From an uncultured beta proteobacterium (GTDB lineage Bacteria > Pseudomonadota > Gammaproteobacteria > Burkholderiales > SG8-41), in assembly GCA_963778865.1 (NCBI GenBank), contig CAVZWF010000006.1, positions 135,959 through 199,958 of the forward strand: a stretch of 64,000 nucleotides of DNA, given 5' to 3'. Positions 9,496-19,750 of this stretch are shown one piece after another. Both the position numbers and the translations under genes were made by a program. The stretch's first letter is position 1. The number at the start of each line of letters is the position of its first letter. The notes beneath the pieces were generated by a model. The model saw only the letters and a program-made list of their open reading frames with translations, searched no databases and was not told the DNA's origin.

Positions 9496-11832
9496 TTATT
9501 TCTCATCCATCACCCATACGCCGTTCCACTCGCCTTCCGGCGGGGTGCCTTTCAATTTCTCGCAGCGCTCGATGTAGATCTCCGACAGCTTGTCCTTCGG
9601 ATTCAGGCGCAGCGCCTCGCGGAAAGCCTCGATCGCCGCGTCCCACTTGCCGCCGCGGTACTTGGCGACGCCGTCCTTGAACTGGTTGACGACGTCCATC
9701 AGGTTCGGAAAGGTCTCGTCGGTGTGGTAGTCGAGCACTTCGTAGATCGCCACCGGCTTGGTCTTGCCCTTGACCACGACGAGATCGACTTCGCGCGTGC
9801 GGTAGGTGCCGCGCAGCTTCTTGTAGGTGAACTCGCTGATCAGGATGCGCGCCGCGTACTGCTTGCACGCGGACTCCAGGCGCGAGGCGAGGTTCACGCC
9901 GTCGCCGATGATGGTGTAGTCCATGCGCTTCTTCGAGCCGATGTTGCCCGACACGACCGTGTCGGTGTTGAGGCCGATGCCGATGTCGACCGGCTTCTTG
10001 CCTTCGGCCACGCGCGTGCACGTTCCACGCGTTCAAGCTCGCGGATCATCGCGATCGCCGCGCGCACCGCGCGGTCCTCGTCGTCGTCGTGCGCCGACGG
10101 GAATGCCGAACGCCGCCATGATGGCGTCGCCGATGAACTTGTCGAGCATGCCGCCTTCGCGCTGGATGCAGTCCACCATGATCGTGAAGTACTCGTTGAG
10201 CAGGCCACCGTGCCCTGCGCGCCGAGCTCCTCGGTGATCGTGGTGAAGCCGCGGATGTCGGAGAACAGCACCGTCGCCGGCACGCTCTTGCCGCCGAGCA
10301 CTTCGGCGCCGCCCGCCAGCAGCTGGTCGGCGATGCGCCGGGTCCATGTAGCGCGACATGGTCGACTTCATGCGCTTCTCGCTGCTGATGTCCTCGATCA
10401 TGAGCATCGAGCCGAGCCGCTTCTGCTCGACGCTGACCAGCGGCATGACGGTCACGTTGACCGAGACGTCGTCTCGCCGCCGAATTGCAGTTCCGCGTCC
10501 ATCGTGACATCGAGCGCCTGCGGTCTCTTCGACGCGCTTCAGCTTGTCCAGCACCCAGGCGTTGGCGCCGCCGAAGAACTCCTGCGCCGGCTTGCTGCAG
10601 GACTGTCGGCGGCGCGACGCTTGCAGGATGCGCAGGCCCGCCGCGTTGCAGGTGACGATCTTGCTCGGCGTCGTCCAGCGTGAGCACGCCGTTCGACATC
10701 GATTCGAGCATGCTCTCGTTGTAGTTCTTCATGTTCTGCACGTCGGCGAACAGCTTGGCGTTTTCCAGCGCGATCGAGATCTGCGCGGTGAAGGCCTGCA
10801 GCCGCGACTCGTCCTCGGCGGTGAACGGCCCGCCGCGCTTGTTCAGCACCTGCGTGACGCCGATGATCTTGCCGTGCTTGTTGACGATCGGCACGCACAG
10901 GATGGAGCGCGTGAAGTAGCCGGTCTTCTTGTCGAACGCCGGGATTGAAGCGCAGGTCGGCGTAGGCGTAGGGAATGTTGATGGTCTTGCCGGTGGTGAA
11001 CACCGCGCCGGCGATGCCGAGGTGGTTGGGCAGGCGGATCTGCATCGCCTCCAGCCCCTGCCCGACCTCGGACCACAGCTCGTTGGTCTTCTCGTCGTTG
11101 AGGAACAGCGTCGAGCGCTCGGCGTTGAGCATGCGCGTCGCCTCGCCCATGACTTTCTGCAGCAGCGAGCCGAGCTTGATGTCGGCGGTCACCTCCGACA
11201 CGATGTCGAGGAATTCCATCTCCTGCTTGCGGATCGCCTTCATGCGCTCGATGAACTGCGCGCTCTGCAGCGCCAGCGTGCCCTGCGTCGTCATCGCTCC
11301 GAGCAGCTTCAAGATCGCTCTTGCGTGAACGCTGCCCTTGCTGCTTGTTCAGCATCTGCGCCACGCCGATGATCTCGCCCTTCGCCGTGCGTGATCGGCA
11401 CGCACAGGATGCTGCGCGTGACGAAGCCGGTCTGCTCGTCGATCGTGCGGTTGAAGCGCGGGTCCGGAATAGGCGTCGTCGATGATGAGGCCCTCGCCGG
11501 AGGTGAACACGTGCCCGGCGATGCCGCTGTTGTTCAGGAGGCGGATTTCGCGCTGCGACGTTGCCCTGCGCGACGCGCGAATAGAGCTCGTTGGTTTCCG
11601 GGTCGTTGAGGAACAGCGTGCCGCGCTCGGCGTTGAGTTCCGCGGTGGTCATTTCGACCAGCGCATGCAGCACCTCGTCGAGCGTGTCCATGCCGGCCAT
11701 TTTTCGCGAAATGCTGAGCAGGAGTTCCGCAAAGCGCAGCCGCCGGCTCTGGCTCGCGCTGGTCGCCTCGCGCGCCGCGCGCCGCGCGCGCGCGTCCGGC
11801 GGCGCGCCGTTTTTCGTGACGTAACTGCGGTT
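9496..11832 (-). pseudogene. GAF-GAF-(PAS-like)-class III adenylate/guanylate cyclase with TPR-like tail, many frameshifts as given
   Basis: Seven ORF-track pieces lie in three different frames but concatenate into one protein: 10843..11700 (MAGMDTLDEVLHALVEMTTAELNAERGTLFLND), 10539..11312 (second GAF, ERSTLFLNDEKTNELWSEVG), 10046..10894 (IIGVTQVLNKRGGPFTAEDE), 10033..10554 ([15 protein letters not shown]), 9894..10301 ([17 protein letters not shown]) and 9496..10011 (GNIGSKKRMDYTIIGDGVNLASRLE). Confidence 0.8.
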
Positions 11833-11849
11833 TCATCTGCTTGCGCATA

Positions 11850-12302
11850 TCAACTGCGGGCACGGCCGGTTTCGAGCGATTCGCGCAGGGCCGCCACCGT
11901 TGCCTTCAACTGCTGGATTTCATCAAACGCGCCGCGCACCGCGGCCTGCACGCTGCGCTCTTTGTCGCCGCGCTCGAGTTCCAGCGCCTCGCGCAACGCG
12001 GACGCGGTGGCCTTCAACTGCATTTGTTCGTGGCTGGCCGCCACGACCGCGTCCTGCACGCTGTTGTCCTTGTCGATTCTTTCCAGCTCGAGCTCGTCGC
12101 GCAATGCGGCGGTGGTGGCTTTCAACTGGGCGAGTTCCGTACTGTTCGCCGCCACCGCCTCCTGCACGCTTCTTTCCTTGTCGAGCTTCTCCGTTTCCAG
12201 CGTCATGCGCAGCGCGGTAACCGTGTTCTTCAAGTCGCGGATTTCCGTCAGCCAGGCGTGGATATCCTCTTGCGTGACATGAGTGATTTGCGGAGTGTCC
12301 AT
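11850..12302 (-). CDS. coiled-coil protein with 36-aa tandem repeats; possibly the N-terminus of the downstream cyclase
   Basis: 150-aa ORF. The LK dipeptide of the unit QLKATxAALRxxLExExxDKxxSVQxAV recurs at residues 24, 60, 96 and 132, an exact 36-aa / 108-nt period. The cyclase frame is open without a start codon from 11832, 18 nt after this ORF's stop. Confidence 0.55.
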   Translation of the reverse strand: MDTPQITHVTQEDIHAWLTEIRDLKNTVTALRMTLETEKLDKERSVQEAVAANSTELAQLKATTAALRDELELERIDKDNSVQDAVVAASHEQMQLKATASALREALELERGDKERSVQAAVRGAFDEIQQLKATVAALRESLETGRARS

Positions 12303-12397
12303 GGATTGCTTTAACGGGGCGTCGTCAGGCGGTAATACTAGCAGAAAATTTCGCTGTGCCGCGTGGGGCGCGGGCCGGCGCTATTGCCGAAGCGTGC

Positions 12398-13349
12398 CTA
12401 ATCGACTTTCGCGCCGGATTCCCTGACGACCCTCATCCACTTCGCGAGCTCGGCCTTGATGAAATCGGCGAATTGCTCGGGCGTGTTCTCGGCCGCCGCG
12501 TCGTAGCCCGCGTTTTTCAGCCGCTGCACGATCTCGGGCAGTTTCAACGCGCGCATTGCTTCCGCGTTGATTTTCATTACGATGGCGCGCGGTGTCGCGG
12601 CCGGCGCGACAAACCCGTTCCAGCCCTTGACGTCGAACCCGGGCAGGCCCAGTTCGACTCAACGTGGGCAGATCCGGTGCCAGCGGCGACGGTTGCGGGC
12701 TGGTGACGCCGAGCGCACGCACCTTGCCCGCCTGCACCTGCGGCAGCGCCGCGGATACGATCGCGAACGCCATCTGGACCTGCCCGCCGACCAAGTCCAT
12801 CATCGCCTGGCCCGCGCCCTTGTAGGGAACGTGCACGATGTTGATGCCCGCCGCCGACTTGAACATCTCGGCGGCAAGATGCGGCGGCGTGCCGTTGCCC
12901 GACGATGCGTAGTTGATCTGGCCGGGACGCGCCTTCGCCAGCGCGATGAGCTCCGCCATCGATTTGACCGGCATCGAGGGATGCACCATCAGGATGAAGG
13001 GCGCTGATGCGGCAAGCGCCACCGCCGAGAAATCCTTGATAACGTCGGTGGTGCCGATCTGCAACGCGGCGTTGATCGGGTACGAAGCGCTCGACAGCAG
13101 CAGGGTATAGCCGTCGGGGGCCGCCTTCGCCACCGCCTCGGCCGCGATCGCGCCGCCGGCGGCCGGACGCGGATCGATGACCACCTGCTGGCCCCACGCT
13201 TCGGTGAATTTCTGGCCCATGATGCGCGCGACGATATCGGGCCCGGGGCCGACGATCACGCGAATCGGCCGCGCCGGAAAATCCTGCGCGCAGGCGTTGC
13301 CCGCACACCAAATCAATGCCACCACGATCCGGCGTAGATTGAAACTCAT
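12398..13349 (-). pseudogene. Bug/TctC-family solute receptor, one frameshift (about 12665) as given
   Basis: Start MSFNLRRIVVALIWCAGNACAQDFPARPIRVIVGPGPD. After ..APDLPT the frame slips. The shifted frame reads LGLPGFDVKGWNGFVAPAATPRAIV...AKWMRVVRESGAKVD* and ends at TAG 12398-12400. Confidence 0.8.
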
Positions 13350-13375
13350 GGTGCATTCCTCGTGAAAACCAATTT

Positions 13376-13499
13376 CAGCCGCAGATAAACGCGGATACAC
13401 GCTGATGAGACAAAAGCCGAAGCACTAAAGGCGGTTACAGCATCGATACGTGATGCGCTTCTCGAAGTATCTGTGTTTATCTGCGTTTATCTGCGGCTC
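13376..13499. repeat. inverted-repeat element, GCAGATAAAC-decamer family, copy 1
   Basis: Left arm AGCCGCAGATAAACGCGGATACACGCTGAT, right arm GTATCTGTGTTTATCTGCGTTTATCTGCGGCTC, with a central spacer of about 60 nt. Same family at 18411/19751 (split), 24444, 43210, 56683 and 58217. Confidence 0.75.
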
Positions 13500-13525
13500 A
13501 AATCGGCTTTTTCAGATTGATTCGG

Positions 13526-14430
13526 CTACCAGCGCTTGAACCCGCGCCGTCCCACGTCGCGCGCGCGGTAGACGCAACCGTCGCCGCTCGTCACATAAAG
13601 ACTGGCGAGCCCGGCGTCGCCAAACGCGCAGCGCATGGGTGCCCCGCCCGGCAGGCGGTGCGACTCGAGCACCGCGCCGTCCGGCGCGAACACGTAAATC
13701 ATGGCGCCGGGACCGGCTTCGCGCGAGCCGCGCGCACGCGACGATATTACCGTCGCTGTCGAGACACAGGCCCTCGATGCCGCGGTGCTCGCCGCGATGG
13801 TCCGCGCCGAACGTATGCAACACGGTGTACGGACCCACCGTGGCGTCGGCACGCACGGGATACGCGCGTAATTCGCGCGGGCCCTTGCGGCCGATTTCGC
13901 CTTCGGCAACGTACAGCGTCTTTTCATCGGCGGACAGCTGCACCGCGCGCGGCGCCGCGGTGTCGTACGTAACTCGCCTGATCGTCCACGCATGACGCTC
14001 GTCGATTTCGAGGCGCAGCACCGAGGCATGCTCGAGCGGCGGAAAAATCTGCGGGCCGAATGCCATGCACGCGGCTGTACGGATCGGTGAACCACACGCG
14101 TCCCGCGCGGTCGATTGCGAGATCGGACGGATGGTTGTGGATGCCGCCGTCGAGCCGCGTGGCCGTCGGCGTGGCGGTGCCGTCCGCCAGATACTGGATC
14201 ACGCGCCGGCCGCCGTCCTGGCAAGCGAAGAGCGTACCGTCGGGTGCGAATGCGATGCCGTTGATGCGGCTGGTGTATTTCCGGTAATCGCCGAGCGCGC
14301 GCGTGTCCGGATCGAAGCTGCGGATAAAACCTTCGTCGATCACGGAGAACAACATCCTCGCGCCGTCCCACGCGAGCCCGCCCATGCCGCCCGTATAAGG
14401 GCCCGCGATACGTTCGAAATTCCAGGTCAT
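13526..14430 (-). pseudogene. SMP-30/gluconolactonase/LRE-like protein, copy 2, at least 2 frameshifts as given
   Basis: Pieces 13924..14430 (MTWNFERIAGPYTGGMGGLAWDG..NGIAFAPDGTLFACQ), 13512..14066 (..LSADEKTLYVAEGE..IEGLCLDSDGNIV) and the tail of 13526..14842 (MIYVFAPDGAVLESHRLPGGAPMRCAFGDAGLASLYVTS) join into one beta-propeller lactonase-like protein. Confidence 0.7.
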
Positions 14431-14439
14431 CGCACCCGC

Positions 14440-15341
14440 CTACCAGACCGCAACACCGGGCACTTTCACCCGCGTGCGATAGACCGAATTGAACGTCGTG
14501 ACATAGAGCGAGCACCCAGTCCGCATCCCCCCACGCCATGTTGGTGCTGTGCCCGGGGATCTTCAGGCGGCCGAGTAGCCGGCCATCGGGCGCGATGATG
14601 TGGACGCCGCCGGGACCCGTGCAATACACGTTGCCTTCGACGTCGACTTTCATGCCGTCGGCAACACCACCCTCGGTGCCGGTCATTTTGTGAAAAAGGC
14701 GCCCGGGTCCCACGCTGCCGTCGGCATTTACGTCGAACGCGCGGATCAGCGCGAGCCGCGTATCGTTCACGTACAGGAGTTTCTCGTCGGGCGAGAACGC
14801 GAGCCCGTTCGGATAGGTGCAATCTGCGATCACCAGCTGCACTTCGCCTGCCGTCGGGCGTCAATCGAAACACGCCCATCACGTCGAGATAGCGCTGCAC
14901 GTCCTGCGCCACCATGCCGGGTATCACCAGCCCGCCCGCCGAATCGGTCCAGTAGACGGAGCCGTCGGAGCGCACGACGATGTCGTTGGGGCTGTTGAAT
15001 TTCTTGCCGTCGTATTTCGACGCGATGGTGGTGATGCTGCCGTCGTGCTCGAAACGGAATATCGTGCGATTGCACCAGCCCGCGACAGTCAGCCTCCCCG
15101 CTTTGTCGAACGTCATGCCGTTGGCGTGGCCCGACGGCCGCAGCACGACTTCGCGCCCGACGCCGGGTTTCCACTTCCAGATCGTGTTGCCGATGATGTC
15201 GACCCAGTAGAGCTGCCCCGTGCGCTTGTCCCACACCGGGCCTTCGCCGAACGTGAGCCCGTGCGCGATGCGGTCGAGCGGCGGGTCGCGGTCCACCAGG
15301 CGTTCGAGGCCCGGCGCGACGAAATCAATGTCCACCCGCAC
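14440..15341 (-). pseudogene. SMP-30/gluconolactonase/LRE-like protein, copy 1, at least 2 frameshifts as given
   Basis: 14466..15341 (..LTFGEGPVWDKRTGQLYWVDI..NSPNDIVVRSDGSVYWTD) continues in 13526..14842 (YPNGLAFSPDEKLLYVNDT..ADGMKVDVEGNVYCTGPGG). A third frame gives SLYVTTFNSVYRTRVKVPGVAVW* ending at TAG 14440-14442. Confidence 0.75.
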
Positions 15342-17029
15342 CTCCGGGCGCCCACGCCGTCGGCGCCAGCGCGTTCTCCTCGGTGACGACGTCGATGACG
15401 ACCGGCCGGTTCATGGCGAACGCGCGCGGCAGCAGTTCCTTCAGTTCACCCGGCTTGGTCGACGCGGAATCCGGCGCAACCGAGCGCTTCCGCGACCTTC
15501 GAGAAATCGACCGACTTCTGAAAACGCCAGATCTCGCCCGCGCGGCCGTTCGCCTTGCCCTTGTAAGCGGCATCGACCAGCGGAATTTCCTGGTTGAGCG
15601 AACTGTTGTTGTTGACCACCACGACGAGGTTGATGCCGTAGCGCGCCGCGGTTTCCAGTTCCGCCAGATGATAGTAAGCGCCGCCGTCGCCGGTGAAGCA
15701 CACGCACCGCGCGGTCGGGCAGCGCGCACTTGACGCCCATCGCGCCGGGCAAACCCCAGCCCAGCGAGCCCGCGCAGCGCACGAAGCCCTGGCGCGGGTT
15801 CGAGAATTCGATCATCTGCCCGGTCCACATGCCGGCGTGCCCCGTGTCCGACACCACGACGCCGTCGGCGGGCAGCGCCTGCGAAATTTCGCGGCACACG
15901 CGCTCGGGCCGCATCGGCACCGCATCGGAATTCATCATGCGTTCTGCATCAGCGCGCCACTCGGCCACCAGTTGCTGCACGCGCGCGACCCACGCCTTCG
16001 CGCCGGCGGACGGCTGCGCCGGCGCCGCGTTGATCATGTGCCGCAACGTGACCTTGGCGTCTCCCAGCAGCGAGACCGCATTCGGATAATTGCGGCCCAG
16101 TTCCTCGGCGTCGATGTCGAGCTGTATCACCTGCGTGCCCGGCGCGGGCACTTTCCAGCTGACGGTCACCTGGCCGCCGGTGTGGCTGCCGATGAAGAAC
16201 ACGAGATCGGCTTCCGACACGGCCTTGGTTCGCGCAGATGCGCGAATACACGCCGACCACGCCGACCGCGAGCGGATTTTCGTCGAGTATCGCGGCTTTC
16301 GCATTGAGCGAGGTCGCCACCGGTATTTGCAGCTTCTCGGCGAATTCGACCAGCTCGGCTTGCGCGCCGGACGAAACCACGCCGCCGCCCGCCACGATGA
16401 TCGGCCGCTTGGCCTTGGCGAGCAGCGCCAGTGCGTCGCGCACGCGCGCGGGCTCGGGCTCGGGGCGAAACGCCGGCACGCACTTGAACTGGTCTTCGAC
16501 CAACGGCGCCAGATCGGTTTCCATGTCGCCGATCGCGCCGCCATGCAGACCGCTCAAGCGCAGATGCGCGGGCCCCGGCGCGCCCGACGTCGCCGCGCGA
16601 AACGCCTGGCGCATGAGATCGGGCAGATCGCTTAACGTCGTCGACCTGCGCGCTGAACTTGGTCACCGCGTCGAACTGGCCGAAGTCTTCGATCTCCTGA
16701 TAAGCGTGGCGGTAGCGCGACCCCGGAACCGAGCCGCCGGTGATCGCCATCATCGGCGAGCACGCCATGAACCCGTCGCGCAGTCCCGCCGCGAGATTGG
16801 AGGCGCCGATCTGCTGCGCCATGCACACGCCCGGCTTGCCGCTCGCGCGCGCATAGCCGTCGGCCATGTAGGCGGCGGCCTTTTCGCCGTGCGTCATGAT
16901 CTTGCGGATCTTGAATTCATCCATTTCCGCAAGCGCGCGCATCATGATCGTCGGCACGTAAAAGACGTGCGTGACGCCGTAGCCGTGCAGCACTTCGGCG
17001 AACAAACGCGAGCCGGTGGTTTTTGCCAT
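15325..17029 (-). pseudogene. thiamine-pyrophosphate-dependent enzyme (acetolactate synthase large-subunit-like), at least 4 frameshifts as given
   Basis: Pieces 16166..17029 (MAKTTGSRLFAEVLHGYGVTHVFYVP..), 15949..16614, 15441..16544, 15446..15703 (GDGGAYYHLAELETAARYGINLVVVVNNN, the TPP-binding motif) and 15325..15897 (C-terminus) lie in different frames. Confidence 0.8.
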
Positions 17030-17191
17030 TCTGAATCTCCTCCGTTAAACGGACAGCAATACTACCAATGAAATAAAACTTGCGGAAAATATTTTTTGCT
17101 TTTCGCAGGTGGGTCGAGATTATAATCGGCGGCATCGTGAAAGAGTGAAGGAGTGAATCCGCTCACCCTAACCCACGCACGGAGCACCCGC

Positions 17192-17752
17192 ATGACTCCA
17201 ACCTTGAAACCCATCCGCCGCGTCGTCACCGGCAACGACGCGCACGGCAGATCGCGCGTAGTTTTCGACAGCGCGGCGCCGAACGCCAATCCCGGCGCCA
17301 TCCGTCCGGGCACCGGCATGACGGACATCTGGGTCTACGCGGCGTGTCCCGCGCCGCTCTCCGGCGCGCGCGACGACGGCAACCTGCCGTTCAGTTTCGA
17401 ACCGCCGGACTCCGGCGGGCATCTGCGCATCGTGCAGTCGCCGGCGAAGCCGCCGGGCTACGATCCGGCGCGCGACCCCAACGCGGTGCCGCTGCACGCG
17501 CCGCGCCAGCGTTCCGGCGGGACCTGGGACAAGGGTGGCGCGAACGCGTTTTCGTCGCCCGTGCACAAATCCGAAACCGTCGACTACGGCATCCTGCTCG
17601 AGGGCGAACGCATGCTGGTACTCGACGATGGCGAATACGTAATGAAACCCGGCGATGTTGTCGTGCAACTCGGCAACTGGCACGGCTGGCGCAATCCCAA
17701 TCAAGGCAGCCTGATGGCTTTCATCATGATGGGCGCGAAGTTTCAGGATTGA
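17192..17752 (+). CDS. cupin domain protein
   Basis: Intact. Start chosen at MTPTLKPIRRVVTGNDAHGRS. C-terminal cupin strand GDVVVQLGNWHGWRNP. Paralogous to 17847-18395. Confidence 0.7.
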   Translation: MTPTLKPIRRVVTGNDAHGRSRVVFDSAAPNANPGAIRPGTGMTDIWVYAACPAPLSGARDDGNLPFSFEPPDSGGHLRIVQSPAKPPGYDPARDPNAVPLHAPRQRSGGTWDKGGANAFSSPVHKSETVDYGILLEGERMLVLDDGEYVMKPGDVVVQLGNWHGWRNPNQGSLMAFIMMGAKFQD

Positions 17753-17794
17753 GGATTGAGGATTGGGATGAGATCGAGGATTAGATCAGACGTT

Positions 17795-17819
17795 CCCTCC
17801 CCTGCACTGCGGGGGAGGG
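17795..17819. repeat. REP-like hairpin (CCCTCCCC / GGGGAGGG), GEG-type
   Basis: 8-bp stem 17795-17802 / 12-19 of 178xx (17812-17819), followed by TCAGGGAGGGGG, between the two cupin genes. Confidence 0.45.
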
Positions 17820-17846
17820 TCAGGGAGGGGGCACAAAGGAACAATC

Positions 17847-18395
17847 ATGAACAAACCAGTCAAATCCGTTCGCCGCATCGTCTGCCTCGATGAAAACGAA
17901 AAGTCCCGCGCGATTTCCGACGCGCCGGTACGCGATGTGCACACCGACCCGGCGCGGCCGGGCTACGCTTCGACGCGCATCTGGGTAACCGACCGCACGC
18001 CGGCGCGCATCGAAGGCATCACCGACACGCTGCACCTGCCGCACACGCTCGAACCGCCGCCCGGCGGCTCGGTGTGCCGCATCGTCACGTTTCCGCCCGA
18101 CGCCGCGTTCAAGGGCAACGTCGGCGCGCGCGAAGTGCAGGCGTTTTTCGCCGCGATGGGTTCACCGCATGCGTCGACCTATTCCGCCGCTGCGCCGCAT
18201 CCGTACATGCAGAAGACGCGCACACTCGATCTGTGCCTCGTGCTCGCAGGCGAGATCACGCTCGTGCTCGACACGGAGGAAGTGCACTTGCAAGCAGGCG
18301 ACACCGTCGTGCAGCGCGGCACCAATCACGCGTGGAGCAACCGCTCCGATAAACCGTGCACGATCGCGTTATCGATGCACGACGGAAAATATTAA
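17847..18395 (+). CDS. cupin domain protein (paralog of 17192-17752)
   Basis: Intact 182-aa ORF. GDTVVQRGTNHAWSNRSD matches the GDVVVQLGNWHGWRNP strand of its neighbour. Confidence 0.7.
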   Translation: MNKPVKSVRRIVCLDENEKSRAISDAPVRDVHTDPARPGYASTRIWVTDRTPARIEGITDTLHLPHTLEPPPGGSVCRIVTFPPDAAFKGNVGAREVQAFFAAMGSPHASTYSAAAPHPYMQKTRTLDLCLVLAGEITLVLDTEEVHLQAGDTVVQRGTNHAWSNRSDKPCTIALSMHDGKY

Positions 18396-18410
18396 GATCA
18401 AACCCGTTTT

Positions 18411-18450
18411 GGCCGCCGATGAACGCAGATAAACGCCGATGGGATTCAAA
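18411..18450. repeat. left arm plus inner flank of a split GCAGATAAAC-family element
   Basis: GGCCGCCGATGAACGCAGATAAACGCCGATGGGATTCAAA. Its reverse-complement partner lies 1.3 kb away at 19751-19781. The inner GATTCAAA matches the spacers of copies 43210 and 58217. Confidence 0.65.
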
Positions 18451-18593
18451 CAAAAGAGCGATCGGCAATTGAAACGCAACCTGCGATTCATCACTATTTG
18501 CCGTTATTGAGCAATGACAACAGCAAGCGCAGAATAGCGCCATGAAAACTGGTGTTTGTGTCAAACTAAACTTTCAATCAACATTCGTTGCAA

Positions 18594-19025
18594 ATGAAAC
18601 ATGTCGTCGATACGAATATCTTCAATAAATTAGTTGACGGCAGTCTTCGCCCTGAGGACTTGCCCCATGGGGCGGAGTTTGTTGCTTCGCACGTTCAAGT
18701 CGATGAATTGAACAACACATCAGACATTGAGCGTAGGGCACGGCTATTCTTGAAGTTTGCTGAGTTGGCTCCACAGCTCGTTCCTACGGAATCGGCCGTT
18801 TGGGATACGTCTCGATGGGACCATGCAAAATTGGGAAATGGAGTTACCTATCAAATCCTAAAGAACGAGCTTGACGCCCTAAATGGCGCTAAATCAAACA
18901 ATGTACGCGACGCACTGATTGCCGAGATTGCGTTAATTAACAAATATGTTCTTCTGACCTCTGACTTCCATTTGGCCGAAGTAGCAAAGAAACATGGTGC
19001 TAACGTCGTCTACTTGGCAACCTAA
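18594..19025 (+). CDS. PIN-like domain protein (VapC-like nuclease fold), no adjacent antitoxin recognised
   Basis: 143 aa from ATG 18594, low GC. Four acidic residues at PIN-typical spacing: D6 (VVDTNIF), E38 (QVDELN), D106 (VRDALIAEIAL) and D124 (LLTSDFH). Confidence 0.65.
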   Translation: MKHVVDTNIFNKLVDGSLRPEDLPHGAEFVASHVQVDELNNTSDIERRARLFLKFAELAPQLVPTESAVWDTSRWDHAKLGNGVTYQILKNELDALNGAKSNNVRDALIAEIALINKYVLLTSDFHLAEVAKKHGANVVYLAT

Positions 19026-19144
19026 CCCGCCGCTCAACAATAGACGCGCAAAAGACAGAGCGCTTGTTAGCTGATACGTTGACGGAGTTCCCTTTAGTGC
19101 GTACTCTGCCGTCGTATTCGCGAACGTTCTTGCTGGAGCCACGC

Positions 19145-19591
19145 ATGAAGATGCCCGTACTCACCCTTGTTCTTTGCTTGTGTGCCACTGCTCAGGCCGC
19201 ATGGCAAACGATGGACACAGTTGCCACGAGAACCGTTGTTGCCACCTCGGCGGACGGTAAGATCTCGGTTGGTGTTTACTGCGCAAAGGGACACAAGAAC
19301 TCGATGCGTGGATTTGTGTTCCTCAAGAACCCGCCATTGGAAACTATTGATTTCAGAATTGGAACTGGCTCCTCTGACATTGATCTTTTCATAACTGGAT
19401 ATGGTTTTTTTGGTGGCAACGTTTCGCTGATAGATATTGAGAACTTTGACCAATTCAAGAGGCTCTTGCTCTTGGTGTCGCCAATGCGAGTAATTACTCA
19501 GCCGGCGATAAAGTCCGGGCCGAACGCGCCGTTTGCATCAATAGGTATTTCTGGGGCCGCAACGGCACTTGATTCGGCCTGCAACCGTTAA
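19145..19591 (+). CDS. hypothetical secreted protein
   Basis: Start at MKMPVLTLVLCLCATAQA (signal peptide with an AQA-A cleavage-like site), 148 aa, low GC. No family recognised. Confidence 0.55.
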   Translation: MKMPVLTLVLCLCATAQAAWQTMDTVATRTVVATSADGKISVGVYCAKGHKNSMRGFVFLKNPPLETIDFRIGTGSSDIDLFITGYGFFGGNVSLIDIENFDQFKRLLLLVSPMRVITQPAIKSGPNAPFASIGISGAATALDSACNR

Positions 19592-19750
19592 CACTTGTGG
19601 CAACACGTCTGATCGGCCGGGAACGCCTGCACTCCAACAACCGGTAATTGGCCGACGCGTTCTGCACGGCAAATCCGGGACGTTAAGTCCCGCGTACCCG
19701 GATCGCGCTGCATTCTTGTGCTACCTGTTGTCATCGTATCGATTTCTTAC

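Noticed and set aside
9496-11832. Programmed ribosomal frameshifting or recoding as the explanation for multi-frame genes.
   Set aside because: There are too many shifts per gene, in both directions, in dozens of unrelated genes. I noticed no slippery heptamer plus structure pattern. Indel error or decay is far more parsimonious.
13376-13499. Whether the GCAGATAAAC-unit repeats could be a CRISPR array.
   Set aside because: The units are about 10 nt, directly abutting and arranged as inverted arms around one spacer. There are no regularly spaced 25-40-nt direct repeats, no unique spacers of uniform length, and no cas genes in the window.
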